From an uncultured virus (IMG/VR IMGVR_UViG_3300025413_000017) (taxonomy: Duplodnaviria > Heunggongvirae > Uroviricota > Caudoviricetes), in IMG/VR virus record IMGVR_UViG_3300025413_000017, positions 1 through 64,000 of that record: a DNA stretch of 64,000 bases. One strand, given 5' to 3'. The notes under the pieces are model-generated. The model saw nothing but the letters and a program-made list of their open reading frames with translations. It ran no database searches and was not told the DNA's origin. Positions 1-7,886 of the stretch are shown here, one piece after another. A program made the translations under genes and the position numbers. Position 1 is the first letter of the stretch. The number at the start of each line of letters is the position of its first letter.

Positions 1-16
1 AAAAACTCTTTTATCA

Positions 17-436
17 TTATTCTCCTGGCCAAAAGTAAGGCAAGTCATCTGGGACTCCTATAAAGTGTTGTGAATAGTGGTCTGGTAATTTACGAAGTAG
101 GTTACTTTGGTGAGAAAGGTGAAATTTATAGTCACCAATCCAACCAGGCCTAGTTGTGTTTGTCTTAACAGAATCAACCAAATCAATAGTCTTTTGCAAG
201 CATGTATCTTTGTAGCCACGACTAACCCACTCATTGCAAATTGCTTTTTGGTATTCTAGTAATGTAGTTTCATGACCTCTCCACATGTTTACTGCTGGAT
301 GACTTTGCCAACCGTAATTCGGATTAAGAATTGCGTTCATAATTTGCATTGTCTCTACACGTTGTTTACCAAGTCGTTGACGGTCCAATGATTTTGCTGA
401 CTTTTCAAAATCTGCGTATGGTAAAAATGTTTGCAC
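17..436 (-). CDS. MSMEG_6728-family / pyrimidine dimer DNA glycosylase (DenV)-like protein
   Basis: N-terminus MQTFLPYADF..SA..LD..RLGKQRVE, HPAVNMWRG and SHQSNLLRK.PD.Y motifs are typical of this family; GTG start. Confidence 0.8.
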   Translation of the reverse strand: MQTFLPYADFEKSAKSLDRQRLGKQRVETMQIMNAILNPNYGWQSHPAVNMWRGHETTLLEYQKAICNEWVSRGYKDTCLQKTIDLVDSVKTNTTRPGWIGDYKFHLSHQSNLLRKLPDHYSQHFIGVPDDLPYFWPGE

Positions 437-535
437 TTACTGTTCCTCCTCAGGGAATTTCTTTTCCCATTCTTCAAGATTATATGTCATCTCTTTTGCA
501 CTTTCAAGAAGTTCTTCACTAGGCCTATCAGACAT
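437..535 (-). CDS. Small acidic hypothetical protein (32 aa, MSDRPSEELLESAKEMTYNLEEWEKKFPEEEQ)
   Basis: Read by hand. It fills the gap exactly, overlaps the upstream stop as TAATG, and its stop abuts the next start. Confidence 0.6.
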   Translation of the reverse strand: MSDRPSEELLESAKEMTYNLEEWEKKFPEEEQ

Positions 536-918
536 TACTTACCCTTCTTAGCTTGTTCTCTTTCGGTTTCACCGTCTCTAACTTCATAGTAACCCCTACG
601 AATACCAACAAAATAAAAAGGGTTCTCCTTAATAGTTTTGATTGCAGTCTCATAACTACAATCTAGACTTGAAGCAATTTCTTTTGTACTTAATTGCTTA
701 GAAAGGTTGTTTTGAACCCATTCTTTAAGTTCTTTAGTTTTATCTTGCTTTTCTTTCTTAGCCCAGTTTGGGACTTCACCGGTTAATTCTTCAATCAATG
801 ACTTACCAACCATATGGGATGTGAGTGTCTCAACTACATTAAGATTGTCTCTAAGTGCCTTAGCAATAACAAACTGTGCTCTTAATACTTCTTGGTTGTC
901 TACTTCTTTAGGTTCCAA
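535..918 (-). CDS. Hypothetical protein, possible C-terminal winged-helix domain
   Basis: ORF coupled to its neighbours; LSTKEIASSLDCSYETAIK followed by a beta-hairpin looks HTH-like. Confidence 0.5.
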   Translation of the reverse strand: MEPKEVDNQEVLRAQFVIAKALRDNLNVVETLTSHMVGKSLIEELTGEVPNWAKKEKQDKTKELKEWVQNNLSKQLSTKEIASSLDCSYETAIKTIKENPFYFVGIRRGYYEVRDGETEREQAKKGK

Positions 919-1505
919 CTCTCGGCTTCCTTCTTAAAATAGTCTTCCCAAAGTTCAAGTTGAGTAGGCATTTTTTTAATCTTACGATTCTTGTTATAAG
1001 GAGACATGACTACTTCTATCATGTTACCAACTTCAATTTGATACTTCTTATCACCAGGTCTAGTGCCGTCTTCTTCAACTGGTCGGTGGTCAACTGGTAT
1101 GTAATAAACCTTGTCCCAATAGTTGTTTAGTTCCCAATCCATTTCCATTTGACATACTCTTAGAGTGTGGGCACTATCACGGTCCATCATATCTTTTCTA
1201 GCTTTATAAAGTTGATAAGCAGTTTCATCCATTGCCCAACGTTCACTGATTACAATGTCTGCTTTTAATGAACCCTTAGCAAGCATCTGACGGCGGCGTT
1301 CATAAATACAAGCAACTTGGAATGAATTACTTTCTGGAGAAAGTGATAACTTACCATCCCCTTGACCCCAACCTAAAACACTTCTAGTTACACTTCCTAG
1401 TGGTGCAATTGCTAGTCCTGGATAAGTTTCATTTATAACTTTTCTTAAAATCTTGGCAGCAGTTGTCTTACCTGTACCATGACTACCAGTGAATGTAATT
1501 TTCAT
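900..1505 (-). CDS. P-loop nucleotide kinase-like ATPase (AAA_28 / thymidylate kinase-like)
   Basis: N-terminal Walker A GSHGTGKT, ISER..MD..AY, and EDGTR lid motif. Confidence 0.75.
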   Translation of the reverse strand: MKITFTGSHGTGKTTAAKILRKVINETYPGLAIAPLGSVTRSVLGWGQGDGKLSLSPESNSFQVACIYERRRQMLAKGSLKADIVISERWAMDETAYQLYKARKDMMDRDSAHTLRVCQMEMDWELNNYWDKVYYIPVDHRPVEEDGTRPGDKKYQIEVGNMIEVVMSPYNKNRKIKKMPTQLELWEDYFKKEAESWNLKK

Positions 1506-1522
1506 GTTTTCCTTTTTAGATA

Positions 1523-1903
1523 TTATAGAATGGTTGGAGGTGGTTGTTTAATACCACCTATTGTACCTTTTCTATATCTACTTCTGTGTTTCTTAATAGG
1601 TTCTTTAAATGCATCAATCCTAAGAATAATTAACTTCATTTGCCTTGAAGTCATTTTATTCTGTCTTCTTAATGAGTGGGCAATCTTTTGCAAATCATCT
1701 AAACTAAATCTTCTGTCCCCACCTTTGGTCCTTGTTATTACAATTGGTGTACCATCAGCATTTTGCCAATATCCAAGCCTTTCCTTCATCAAGAAAGATT
1801 GTGTAGTTAGGTCAAAGAAAGCGGCTGCCATACCTGCAGTAAAGACAGGGTCATCATCTCTTCTAATGTGTCTAGTATAACCGCTACTTGATTGGTCGGA
1901 CAT
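1523..1903 (-). CDS. MerR-like HTH DNA-binding protein
   Basis: FTAGMAAAFFDLTTQSF helix-turn-helix and RTKGGDRRFSLDDL wing motif. Confidence 0.7.
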   Translation of the reverse strand: MSDQSSSGYTRHIRRDDDPVFTAGMAAAFFDLTTQSFLMKERLGYWQNADGTPIVITRTKGGDRRFSLDDLQKIAHSLRRQNKMTSRQMKLIILRIDAFKEPIKKHRSRYRKGTIGGIKQPPPTIL

Positions 1904-2564
1904 AGAGTGCTGTACGACTCTTTCCTGGTAGTGTTGACATTAGTATTTGTTCCATGCCTATGTTACCAACCTTAAGTTCTTTTTCCAATGCCTCTTCGTT
2001 TAGTTCCCAATATGCATTGGTTTCTTCTGCCCTTTTACCACCTGGATAAATTGTGTACTTTACAGTTTCAATGTAGTTAGTAATACTCTTGAACTGGTCC
2101 TCATCTAGGTTCTCTTTGAGTAGGTCAATGTCAACATTCAACTTACCACCAGATACTTCTTTAGAAAGTTTAACATTAAACTCTGGTGAGACAAGGTAAC
2201 CGCTTTCTGCGTTTGAATCCTTGCCTTCAAATTCTAACTGTAGATTAATTGTACTAGTTACATAACTTTTAAGTGCAGTTTCACGACCTTCAGTAATATC
2301 CTTTACTGCACGAACTGCAAGTAGTTCATTTGTAAGACTGTTAATCTCTTCAACTGAAAGTACATGCACATCTGACAAATCAGTTGTACCTAATACATCT
2401 AGACAACTATTAAATGAATCAAGTGCATCTGAACTTACCGCAACTGAATTTTCACGTTGAACTTCAGCACGACTTTTTGTCTTTGCAACCTCTTCTGTAA
2501 ATTGAGGTTCACTTACCTCAACTAAATTTTTCCTACTTAGGCGTTCTGCCAAACTTTTTTCCAT
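1884..2564 (-). CDS. Hypothetical acidic protein
   Basis: 226 aa ORF with an AAAGGAG ribosome-binding site and an upstream promoter. Confidence 0.6.
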   Translation of the reverse strand: MEKSLAERLSRKNLVEVSEPQFTEEVAKTKSRAEVQRENSVAVSSDALDSFNSCLDVLGTTDLSDVHVLSVEEINSLTNELLAVRAVKDITEGRETALKSYVTSTINLQLEFEGKDSNAESGYLVSPEFNVKLSKEVSGGKLNVDIDLLKENLDEDQFKSITNYIETVKYTIYPGGKRAEETNAYWELNEEALEKELKVGNIGMEQILMSTLPGKSRTALYVRPIK

Positions 2565-2594
2565 ACTATCTCCTTTAAATACTAACTACTTATA

Positions 2595-2623
2595 AATATA
2601 GTAAAGGTCGAAAAAGAAATCAA
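2595..2623 (-). promoter_or_regulatory. SigA/sigma70-type promoter TTGATT-N17-TATATT
   Basis: Exact 17 nt spacer; the -35 box overlaps the TGA stop of the upstream gene. Confidence 0.6.
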
Positions 2624-3192
2624 CCCTTTTTTACTTCTAGGCTTTTACTAGTAACATAGTAAATGTCACCACCTACACCCATTGCTGTTTTGGTAGCATT
2701 TTTAGCTGCCTTGATAACATCATTCTTTGTCCATGGGCCTTCATCACCCAAACTACCAAATGCTTCTCCACCGCCTGAACCCATTGCCCATCTTCCACTA
2801 ACTGGTATTGTTATAGAAAAATCTTCATCAATTGCAACTAAGTTATCTTCCCAAGCCATAATAATACCTGCACCAAAAGATTCAACTTTTCTAGAACTTT
2901 CTAGTGCACCATGGGAATCTAATGCTTCTCTTAATGCTGGGATTATCTCTTTAATAACAAATTTTTCTATATCATCTCTGTGATAATCACGAAATTCAGG
3001 CCAATCGGTCCAATGTTGGATTACTTGCATAGCACGAATACTACCACAACCACCAAAAACATACTTACGGTCTTTTTCAACCCATAATTTACCGGGACCT
3101 TCATCGCTTTTGTTATAGTCCCAAGAGATTTGTGAGTCGGCAGAAATTACTACACCGTCTAGTCTAGTTATGGCGGCTGCTAATACAGTCAT
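2620..3192 (-). CDS. HslV / proteasome beta-subunit-like Ntn protease
   Basis: Met-Thr N-terminus (Thr1 nucleophile), ADSQ, a conserved Lys (GKL), FGGCG and AMGSG motifs. Confidence 0.75.
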   Translation of the reverse strand: MTVLAAAITRLDGVVISADSQISWDYNKSDEGPGKLWVEKDRKYVFGGCGSIRAMQVIQHWTDWPEFRDYHRDDIEKFVIKEIIPALREALDSHGALESSRKVESFGAGIIMAWEDNLVAIDEDFSITIPVSGRWAMGSGGGEAFGSLGDEGPWTKNDVIKAAKNATKTAMGVGGDIYYVTSKSLEVKKG

Positions 3193-3338
3193 GACTTAGT
3201 TTGCCAATCTGGTTCTGCTTTGTGAGGACCATGAGGACTTGTGTGAACCCACTGGTCATCATCTCCAATACGGTCCCAATCTGTTGCACTAGAACTATAT
3301 TTAACAATTTCTTGTCCACAGTGTTTACATTCTGTCAT
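3189..3338 (-). CDS. Small CxxC/His-containing protein (49 aa, MTECKHCGQEI...HGPHKAEPDWQTKS)
   Basis: Read by hand; ATGA overlaps at both ends. Confidence 0.6.
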   Translation of the reverse strand: MTECKHCGQEIVKYSSSATDWDRIGDDDQWVHTSPHGPHKAEPDWQTKS

Positions 3339-3409
3339 AGTCTACCACTCCAAAGAGACCAAAAAGCTACTCCTGCAAGAATAGCACAAAAGATTATATT
3401 TTCTAACAT
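3335..3409 (-). CDS. Tiny membrane peptide (24 aa, MLENIIFCAILAGVAFWSLWSGRL)
   Basis: Read by hand; TAATG and ATGA coupling; one hydrophobic segment. Confidence 0.5.
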   Translation of the reverse strand: MLENIIFCAILAGVAFWSLWSGRL

Positions 3410-3507
3410 TAGTTCCACCCACCACCAATACCAACCAATACAAAAAGAAAAAATGCTAATGCACCAAGAAAAAGTCCATGTACTAAGATATTAATGAATA
3501 ATCCCAT
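3409..3507 (-). CDS. Tiny membrane peptide (32 aa, MGLFINILVHGLFLGALAFFLFVLVGIGGGWN)
   Basis: Read by hand; TAATG coupling on both sides; one hydrophobic segment. Confidence 0.55.
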   Translation of the reverse strand: MGLFINILVHGLFLGALAFFLFVLVGIGGGWN

Positions 3508-3809
3508 TAGTAATACTCATCCTCATCTGTAACAACTTCTTCTGTTACTTCTTCTTCTCCTTCAACAGTTTCAGTTTCTTCAACATCTTCAATTGCTGGT
3601 TCTGATTGTTCTGTTAGAAGACTATCAACAACACTTTTAAACTGTGGACCAACAACATTGTCCCAGAGTTCATTAAAGTAATGTTGAGTATTTTCATTCA
3701 TTGCTTCAAAAGTAAGTTCAGCACCTACTTCTGGTTTAATCCAATCCCATTCACCCTTGGCATTCTTTACTTGAAGTGAAGCACCAATGTTTACTGATAA
3801 TTTTAACAT
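3507..3809 (-). CDS. Hypothetical protein with acidic C-terminal tail
   Basis: Strong AAGGAGG ribosome-binding site and an upstream promoter. Confidence 0.65.
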   Translation of the reverse strand: MLKLSVNIGASLQVKNAKGEWDWIKPEVGAELTFEAMNENTQHYFNELWDNVVGPQFKSVVDSLLTEQSEPAIEDVEETETVEGEEEVTEEVVTDEDEYY

Positions 3810-3827
3810 CTTATCCTCCTTACTATA

Positions 3828-3856
3828 ATTATAGATACTATTTCATTTTATTTCAA
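3828..3856 (-). promoter_or_regulatory. SigA-type promoter TTGAAA-N17-TATAAT
   Basis: Near-consensus boxes with a 17 nt spacer, upstream of the AAGGAGG RBS. Confidence 0.7.
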
Positions 3857-3857
3857 G

Positions 3858-3938
3858 TGGATGGAGAGGGATTCGAACCCCCGAACAATAAAGAACTGGT
3901 TTACAGCCAGCCGCGTTTGGCCACTTCGCTACCCATCC
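3858..3938 (-). tRNA. tRNA-Tyr (GTA)
   Basis: GGATGGG acceptor stem, GCTGG-CTGTAAA-CCAGT anticodon arm, variable arm, GGTTCGAATCC T-loop. Confidence 0.92.
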
Positions 3939-3940
3939 GG

Positions 3941-4031
3941 TGGAGGAAGAAGAGGGATTCGAACCCTCGGTGGGCTATAAACCCACGGTTGTTTAGTAGA
4001 CAACTGCCTTAAACCACTCGGCCATTCTTCC
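3941..4031 (-). tRNA. tRNA-Ser (ACT), unusual A34 anticodon, CCA encoded
   Basis: GGAAGAA/TTCTTCC acceptor stem, perfect GTTGT/ACAAC stem around loop CT-ACT-AA, long variable arm GTGGG..CCCAC, GGTTCGAATCC T-loop. Confidence 0.88.
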
Positions 4032-4035
4032 AGTA

Positions 4036-4090
4036 GGTCAATAGCACTCCTAGTATAAAGGAGGTGAAAACTAAGCAGATACTATTGACC
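4036..4090 (-). ncRNA. Hairpin RNA between tRNAs with an anti-Shine-Dalgarno loop (UCACCUCCUUU)
   Basis: Outer stem GGTCAATAGTA/TGCTATTGACC, inner stem CTTAGT/ACTAGG, loop TTTCACCTCCTTTAT. Confidence 0.5.
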
Positions 4091-4092
4091 AG

Positions 4093-4166
4093 CGCCCCCG
4101 GTAGGACTTGAACCTACAACCTGCGGGTTAGAACTCCGATGCTCTGTCCAGTTGAGCTACAAGGGC
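4093..4166 (-). tRNA. tRNA-Arg (TCT) with a weak anticodon stem
   Basis: GCCCTTG/CGGGGGC acceptor stem, GCTC/GAGC D-stem with A20 (Arg identity element), loop GT-TCT-AA, GTAGG-TTCAAGT-CCTAC T-arm. Confidence 0.82.
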
Positions 4167-4176
4167 TGTTTTATTC

Positions 4177-4205
4177 AGTATAGTTAAATCAGTATTTAGA
4201 ATCAA
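4177..4205 (-). promoter_or_regulatory. SigA-type promoter TTGATT-N17-TATACT driving the tRNA cluster
   Basis: 17 nt spacer; the -10 box ends 10 nt before the tRNA-Arg 5' end. Confidence 0.7.
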
Positions 4206-4441
4206 CCACTACCAGGGCCATATGGATCTGTAGAAATTCCATTTGCCCTAAGTATTTGAATTGCCCTATCATAATAAGAACTATTCATAGCACCAATTTG
4301 AGGTGCTGCCTTTCTAATTAATGCGTAAATCCATTGTTGATTATCAGCTGGATTTTCAAAAGCAGCCAAATAGTTAGGACCAGCAGGAATGTTAGATCTT
4401 TCAAGTAGAAAACTGGCAGCCCATCTAAGTTCTTTATTCAT
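4202..4441 (-). CDS. Hypothetical protein
   Basis: 79 aa ORF directly after the GT17 gene. Confidence 0.55.
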   Translation of the reverse strand: MNKELRWAASFLLERSNIPAGPNYLAAFENPADNQQWIYALIRKAAPQIGAMNSSYYDRAIQILRANGISTDPYGPGSG

Positions 4442-4442
4442 A

Positions 4443-5213
4443 TTAATCTTTTCTAATTAAATGGGATAGTTTATCTTGATTATCAAGAATATACTTAGGG
4501 TAAGAGTTATCCAATTCTACTGTTTTGAGTGTAAAACCACGTCCAAAAACATCTTCATTGTTGACCATACGTTTTGCAATTTGCTGAATAGTTTCTTCAT
4601 TGTCATACTCCTCATGGGCATAACTTCTAATCTTTTTTTCAATTTGCTTTTCACCACCAAGAAAACTCCAATGCCAACCAGCATCAGGTAGTGTCATGCA
4701 AAGGTGTTGGGAATGCCTCATGGTTTCAGCATCCATCAAACGATACTTTTCCATACTACAAATTCTAGTTCCTGCCCAGGGTTCACTCATGTTTCTAACA
4801 TTGAGATAGTATTGGTGCATCTTTTGTTCTAGTGCATACATAGCGGCTGGATTAAAATTGTCCCTTACCCATTCAATTGCTTGTGGGTCTGGTATTTCAT
4901 CTAGGTCACTAGTCATAACAATAGAATCTTCGTTAATACCATATGCCCTAAGGTCAATTTGAGTTCCTCTTTGGAACCTGTCTCTTTCCCAGGTGTTCAT
5001 TCCAGATGAGAACTCAACTACATAAGTGAATACCTTTGGATGGTCATAAGTTTTAGAAAGTAATTCTTTAGGGTCACCTTGAAAGGTGTGAGTTGCTTCT
5101 TTAATAATAAAGAAGTCAACCACATCTTCTAGGATTTTTACTCTAAGGTCTAATAGTTCTAATTCGTTATTAAAAAGAACAATGTCAACTACTTGTCTTT
5201 TTACTTCTTCCAT
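4443..5213 (-). CDS. Glycosyltransferase family 17 (MGAT3-like N-acetylglucosaminyltransferase)
   Basis: FNNELELLDLR..L..VVD.F...EA..TFQG.PK, SDLDEIP (DxD) and GWHWSFLGG motifs. Confidence 0.85.
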   Translation of the reverse strand: MEEVKRQVVDIVLFNNELELLDLRVKILEDVVDFFIIKEATHTFQGDPKELLSKTYDHPKVFTYVVEFSSGMNTWERDRFQRGTQIDLRAYGINEDSIVMTSDLDEIPDPQAIEWVRDNFNPAAMYALEQKMHQYYLNVRNMSEPWAGTRICSMEKYRLMDAETMRHSQHLCMTLPDAGWHWSFLGGEKQIEKKIRSYAHEEYDNEETIQQIAKRMVNNEDVFGRGFTLKTVELDNSYPKYILDNQDKLSHLIRKD

Positions 5214-6493
5214 TCTACTGTTCCACCCTTAAGAAGGTTAGCACTCTTAGACTTGTTAACTGCCTTGTTAAAGACATTTGTCCAGTCTTTCATAACATGC
5301 TTCCAAGTTAGTTCCTGGGCAAACTCATAAGCTGCTTCAACCTTCTTTTCTACAATTCCGTTCTTATTTTCCATAATTTCGATAATTGCATCAGCAGCAT
5401 CTTCTACATTCATAAGTGGACGAATACGGTCGTTGTCATTTTCCTTAATAATCCAATGTGAAGGACTATCACCAGAACCTGCAACCCAACCACGCTTACC
5501 ATTGTCGGTAATTTCTGGAATGCTAGTATTGTTTGGAACAACAATTGGTGTCTTAGTTGCCATTGCTTCTGTAATACTCAACCCCCAACCTTCACCCATA
5601 CAGGTAGTTAGGTAGCAATCTGCAGAGTTGTAAAGTTGGTTAACAACTTCAATTGGGAATCCTGCATGTGCAGAGAATTGCCCTGGGTTAGGAAGAATCC
5701 AATCTTTTTGAAGTTCAAGGCCAAAGTTCTTAGATTGCTCAATAATACTTCCACCAAAGTCTGTTTCTTGCATGTGCATGTACAAGAATGGTTCCTTGTA
5801 TCCACGGTCTCTAAGTTCTTTTAAAATCATGAAGGAACGACTAACATCTTTACGACCTTGATTACGATTAAGGTTCATAATAATAAAACGGTCCTTATTG
5901 TCACCAAAGAAAGCAGAACGAATTTGCTTCTTATCCTGTTCAGGAAGTGGGAAAAAGTTAGTTGTGTTTGTACCGTGATAGATAACGTCATGCTTTTCAG
6001 CCGCTGTTCCACTCCACTTAATACTTTCATTCTTTGCATATTGTGTATAGGCAACTGGGAAGTCAAATGAGTTAACACATTGTGTAACCCACTCTTCTTT
6101 TGGACCACAATCAAACGGGTAATAGTAAACTGTACTAAAACTCTTTGGCTTGTTACGTTGCACTTCAAGAATCTGAGGTGTAATTGGCAACATAATAAAG
6201 GTGTCCTGAACAATGAATACTACGTCATAGTCACCTTGCTGGAGTCGGTCAAGAAAAACTTGTCTTCCATGAAGGTCAGCGTAAGGACCTTGCTGTCTTA
6301 GTGCACTGATAGCAGGCCATACTTGTCCGGGCCATTGGGTTTGGTCAAAAGGTCCTCCGTCATAGTTAATAGCAACAACATCAATGTCATACTTTCCTGT
6401 TGCTTCTAGTTCTCTCATAATGTTACCCATTACGGTAGCGAACCCAGTAGCACAGCAGTAATCACCGTACGCCAATACTTTTGTTTTTGCCAT
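5201..6493 (-). CDS. Glycosyltransferase family 4 (GT-B fold)
   Basis: TGF..V N-terminus, NRNQGRKD, LYNSAD....GEGWGLSITEAMA..TPIV. Confidence 0.85.
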   Translation of the reverse strand: MAKTKVLAYGDYCCATGFATVMGNIMRELEATGKYDIDVVAINYDGGPFDQTQWPGQVWPAISALRQQGPYADLHGRQVFLDRLQQGDYDVVFIVQDTFIMLPITPQILEVQRNKPKSFSTVYYYPFDCGPKEEWVTQCVNSFDFPVAYTQYAKNESIKWSGTAAEKHDVIYHGTNTTNFFPLPEQDKKQIRSAFFGDNKDRFIIMNLNRNQGRKDVSRSFMILKELRDRGYKEPFLYMHMQETDFGGSIIEQSKNFGLELQKDWILPNPGQFSAHAGFPIEVVNQLYNSADCYLTTCMGEGWGLSITEAMATKTPIVVPNNTSIPEITDNGKRGWVAGSGDSPSHWIIKENDNDRIRPLMNVEDAADAIIEIMENKNGIVEKKVEAAYEFAQELTWKHVMKDWTNVFNKAVNKSKSANLLKGGTVEWKK

Positions 6494-6708
6494 TAGTTGT
6501 CTTCCTTTGCCTTAGATAGTTTGTTGATAATAATTGAAAGAATTGTTATTCCGTAAACTCCAAAGAAGGATTCAACCCCTACTTTAAAGTTCCAAAAATA
6601 ACTAGCTAACAATGGTGCAAAGCATACAACAGCAATAATTGCTATTAGTAGAATTAAACCTATTAGGTTAATAAAAAATGAAACTAGTGTCTTCATTACT
6701 TGATCCAA
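6493..6708 (-). CDS. Small membrane protein (2 TM) within the glycosyltransferase cluster
   Basis: Two hydrophobic segments; translationally coupled to its neighbours. Confidence 0.6.
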   Translation of the reverse strand: MDQVMKTLVSFFINLIGLILLIAIIAVVCFAPLLASYFWNFKVGVESFFGVYGITILSIIINKLSKAKEDN

Positions 6709-7400
6709 TCCTTTGGAGTTAGGGTACTATCATTATACGGGGTTTTATACCTCTCTATCAAGTTTCGGTTTTGGCTACCCCACTTTTTAAGGTAATACTC
6801 TCCACTCTTAATAGAATTGATTGGCTTAGTCAACTTCTTAGTTGTCTGATTGCCTAGGTGAATGTAAGGGATTTCATACTTTTTAATATTAAATCCAAGT
6901 AAAGTGATACGATAATGCATATCATTATCTTCCCACCAGCAAGGGTCAAAGTTTTCATCAAACCAACCACACTTTTCCCAGAAATCTGCTCTTACCATTA
7001 CCATTGAGAAAAGTTCTTTTTCTACATACTTATACTCTGTATCTTCATCTGAGAATACAATCTCAAATGGTTCATCAAAAGTATCTCCTACATGTAAAGG
7101 AGCTGTTAAGACAATATTGTCTGATTCCTTACTCATTGCACTTACCCAGGCATCAATTGACCATGGTGCAAAAAGGGTATCATCATTAGCAATAATAATA
7201 TAATCACAACCATCCATGATGGCTTGCTTCATACCATTGTTCCAGGCCTGAGACAAAGGTAGTTGATACCTATACTGAGGTTGGATGTAAACCTTTAATT
7301 CATTCTCTTTAGTTTTTGCACTATAGATAAGGTCAACTGCTTGGTCAAAATTATTTAGGATAGGAATAACCAATCCAACTTTAAAAGGTGAATTCCCCAT
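6696..7400 (-). CDS. Glycosyltransferase family 2 (GT-A fold)
   Basis: VIP..N, AWNNG, IANDD (DxD-like) and GWFDENF...WEDND...R motifs. Confidence 0.85.
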   Translation of the reverse strand: MGNSPFKVGLVIPILNNFDQAVDLIYSAKTKENELKVYIQPQYRYQLPLSQAWNNGMKQAIMDGCDYIIIANDDTLFAPWSIDAWVSAMSKESDNIVLTAPLHVGDTFDEPFEIVFSDEDTEYKYVEKELFSMVMVRADFWEKCGWFDENFDPCWWEDNDMHYRITLLGFNIKKYEIPYIHLGNQTTKKLTKPINSIKSGEYYLKKWGSQNRNLIERYKTPYNDSTLTPKDWIK

Positions 7401-7872
7401 TTTCCGCCGCTTTCTTAATTTTCAAATCATTAATGTAATCTCTGTTTGCTTTTTTACAAGGTTCACAAGGAACTTCTTTTCTTCCTAAGTGACCTTTATA
7501 AGCACTGTATGTACCACATACTCTGGCCTTTCGACCACGCCCTTGAATCTTAGTTCTGTTTTCTTCTTTTTCTCTTTTTGCTTCACTAACACTATACCAA
7601 AAAACTGTTTCAGGTTTGATAAGTATTATGTCTCTGTTCATCCTAATGGCAACTCTATCTTTTTCAGTTGTACCACCCCAATAACCATGGGCTTCATACT
7701 TAAGGGCATGTTCTAGGCAGGCATCCTTTACAGGACAAATTGCACATCTCTCTTTAATAACTTTAGAGACAACCGAACCTCTACCAGGATAAAACATATC
7801 TGTTGGTAGGTCTTTACAAATAGCATCACTTTGCCAACTGTAATCAATAACTTCTTGGTTTTCTCTTCTCAT
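7381..7872 (-). CDS. whiB: WhiB-family transcription regulator with a C-terminal Cys/His extension
   Basis: W...AIC, FYP, C..CPV...CL..AL and GYWGG.TE.DR; extra C-terminal CGT..AY..H.....PC.PC. Confidence 0.9.
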   Translation of the reverse strand: MRRENQEVIDYSWQSDAICKDLPTDMFYPGRGSVVSKVIKERCAICPVKDACLEHALKYEAHGYWGGTTEKDRVAIRMNRDIILIKPETVFWYSVSEAKREKEENRTKIQGRGRKARVCGTYSAYKGHLGRKEVPCEPCKKANRDYINDLKIKKAAENGEFTF

Positions 7873-7886
7873 ATAATTATAGAAGG

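Noticed and set aside
3201..3494. + strand 97 aa ORF
   Set aside because: Three tightly coupled minus-strand microORFs explain this interval better.
3776..4012. + strand 78 aa ORF
   Set aside because: It is the antisense reading of tRNA-Tyr and tRNA-Ser.
4057..4067. Perfect SD (AAAGGAGGTGA) on the + strand as the RBS of a hidden gene
   Set aside because: No start codon at a usable spacing, and it lies antisense within the tRNA operon.
4120..4140. Amber-suppressor (CTA) reading of the third tRNA, implying stop-codon recoding
   Set aside because: The standard register gives TCT, A20 supports Arg, the shifted register pairs worse, and TAG ends genes normally with no fragmented ORFs.
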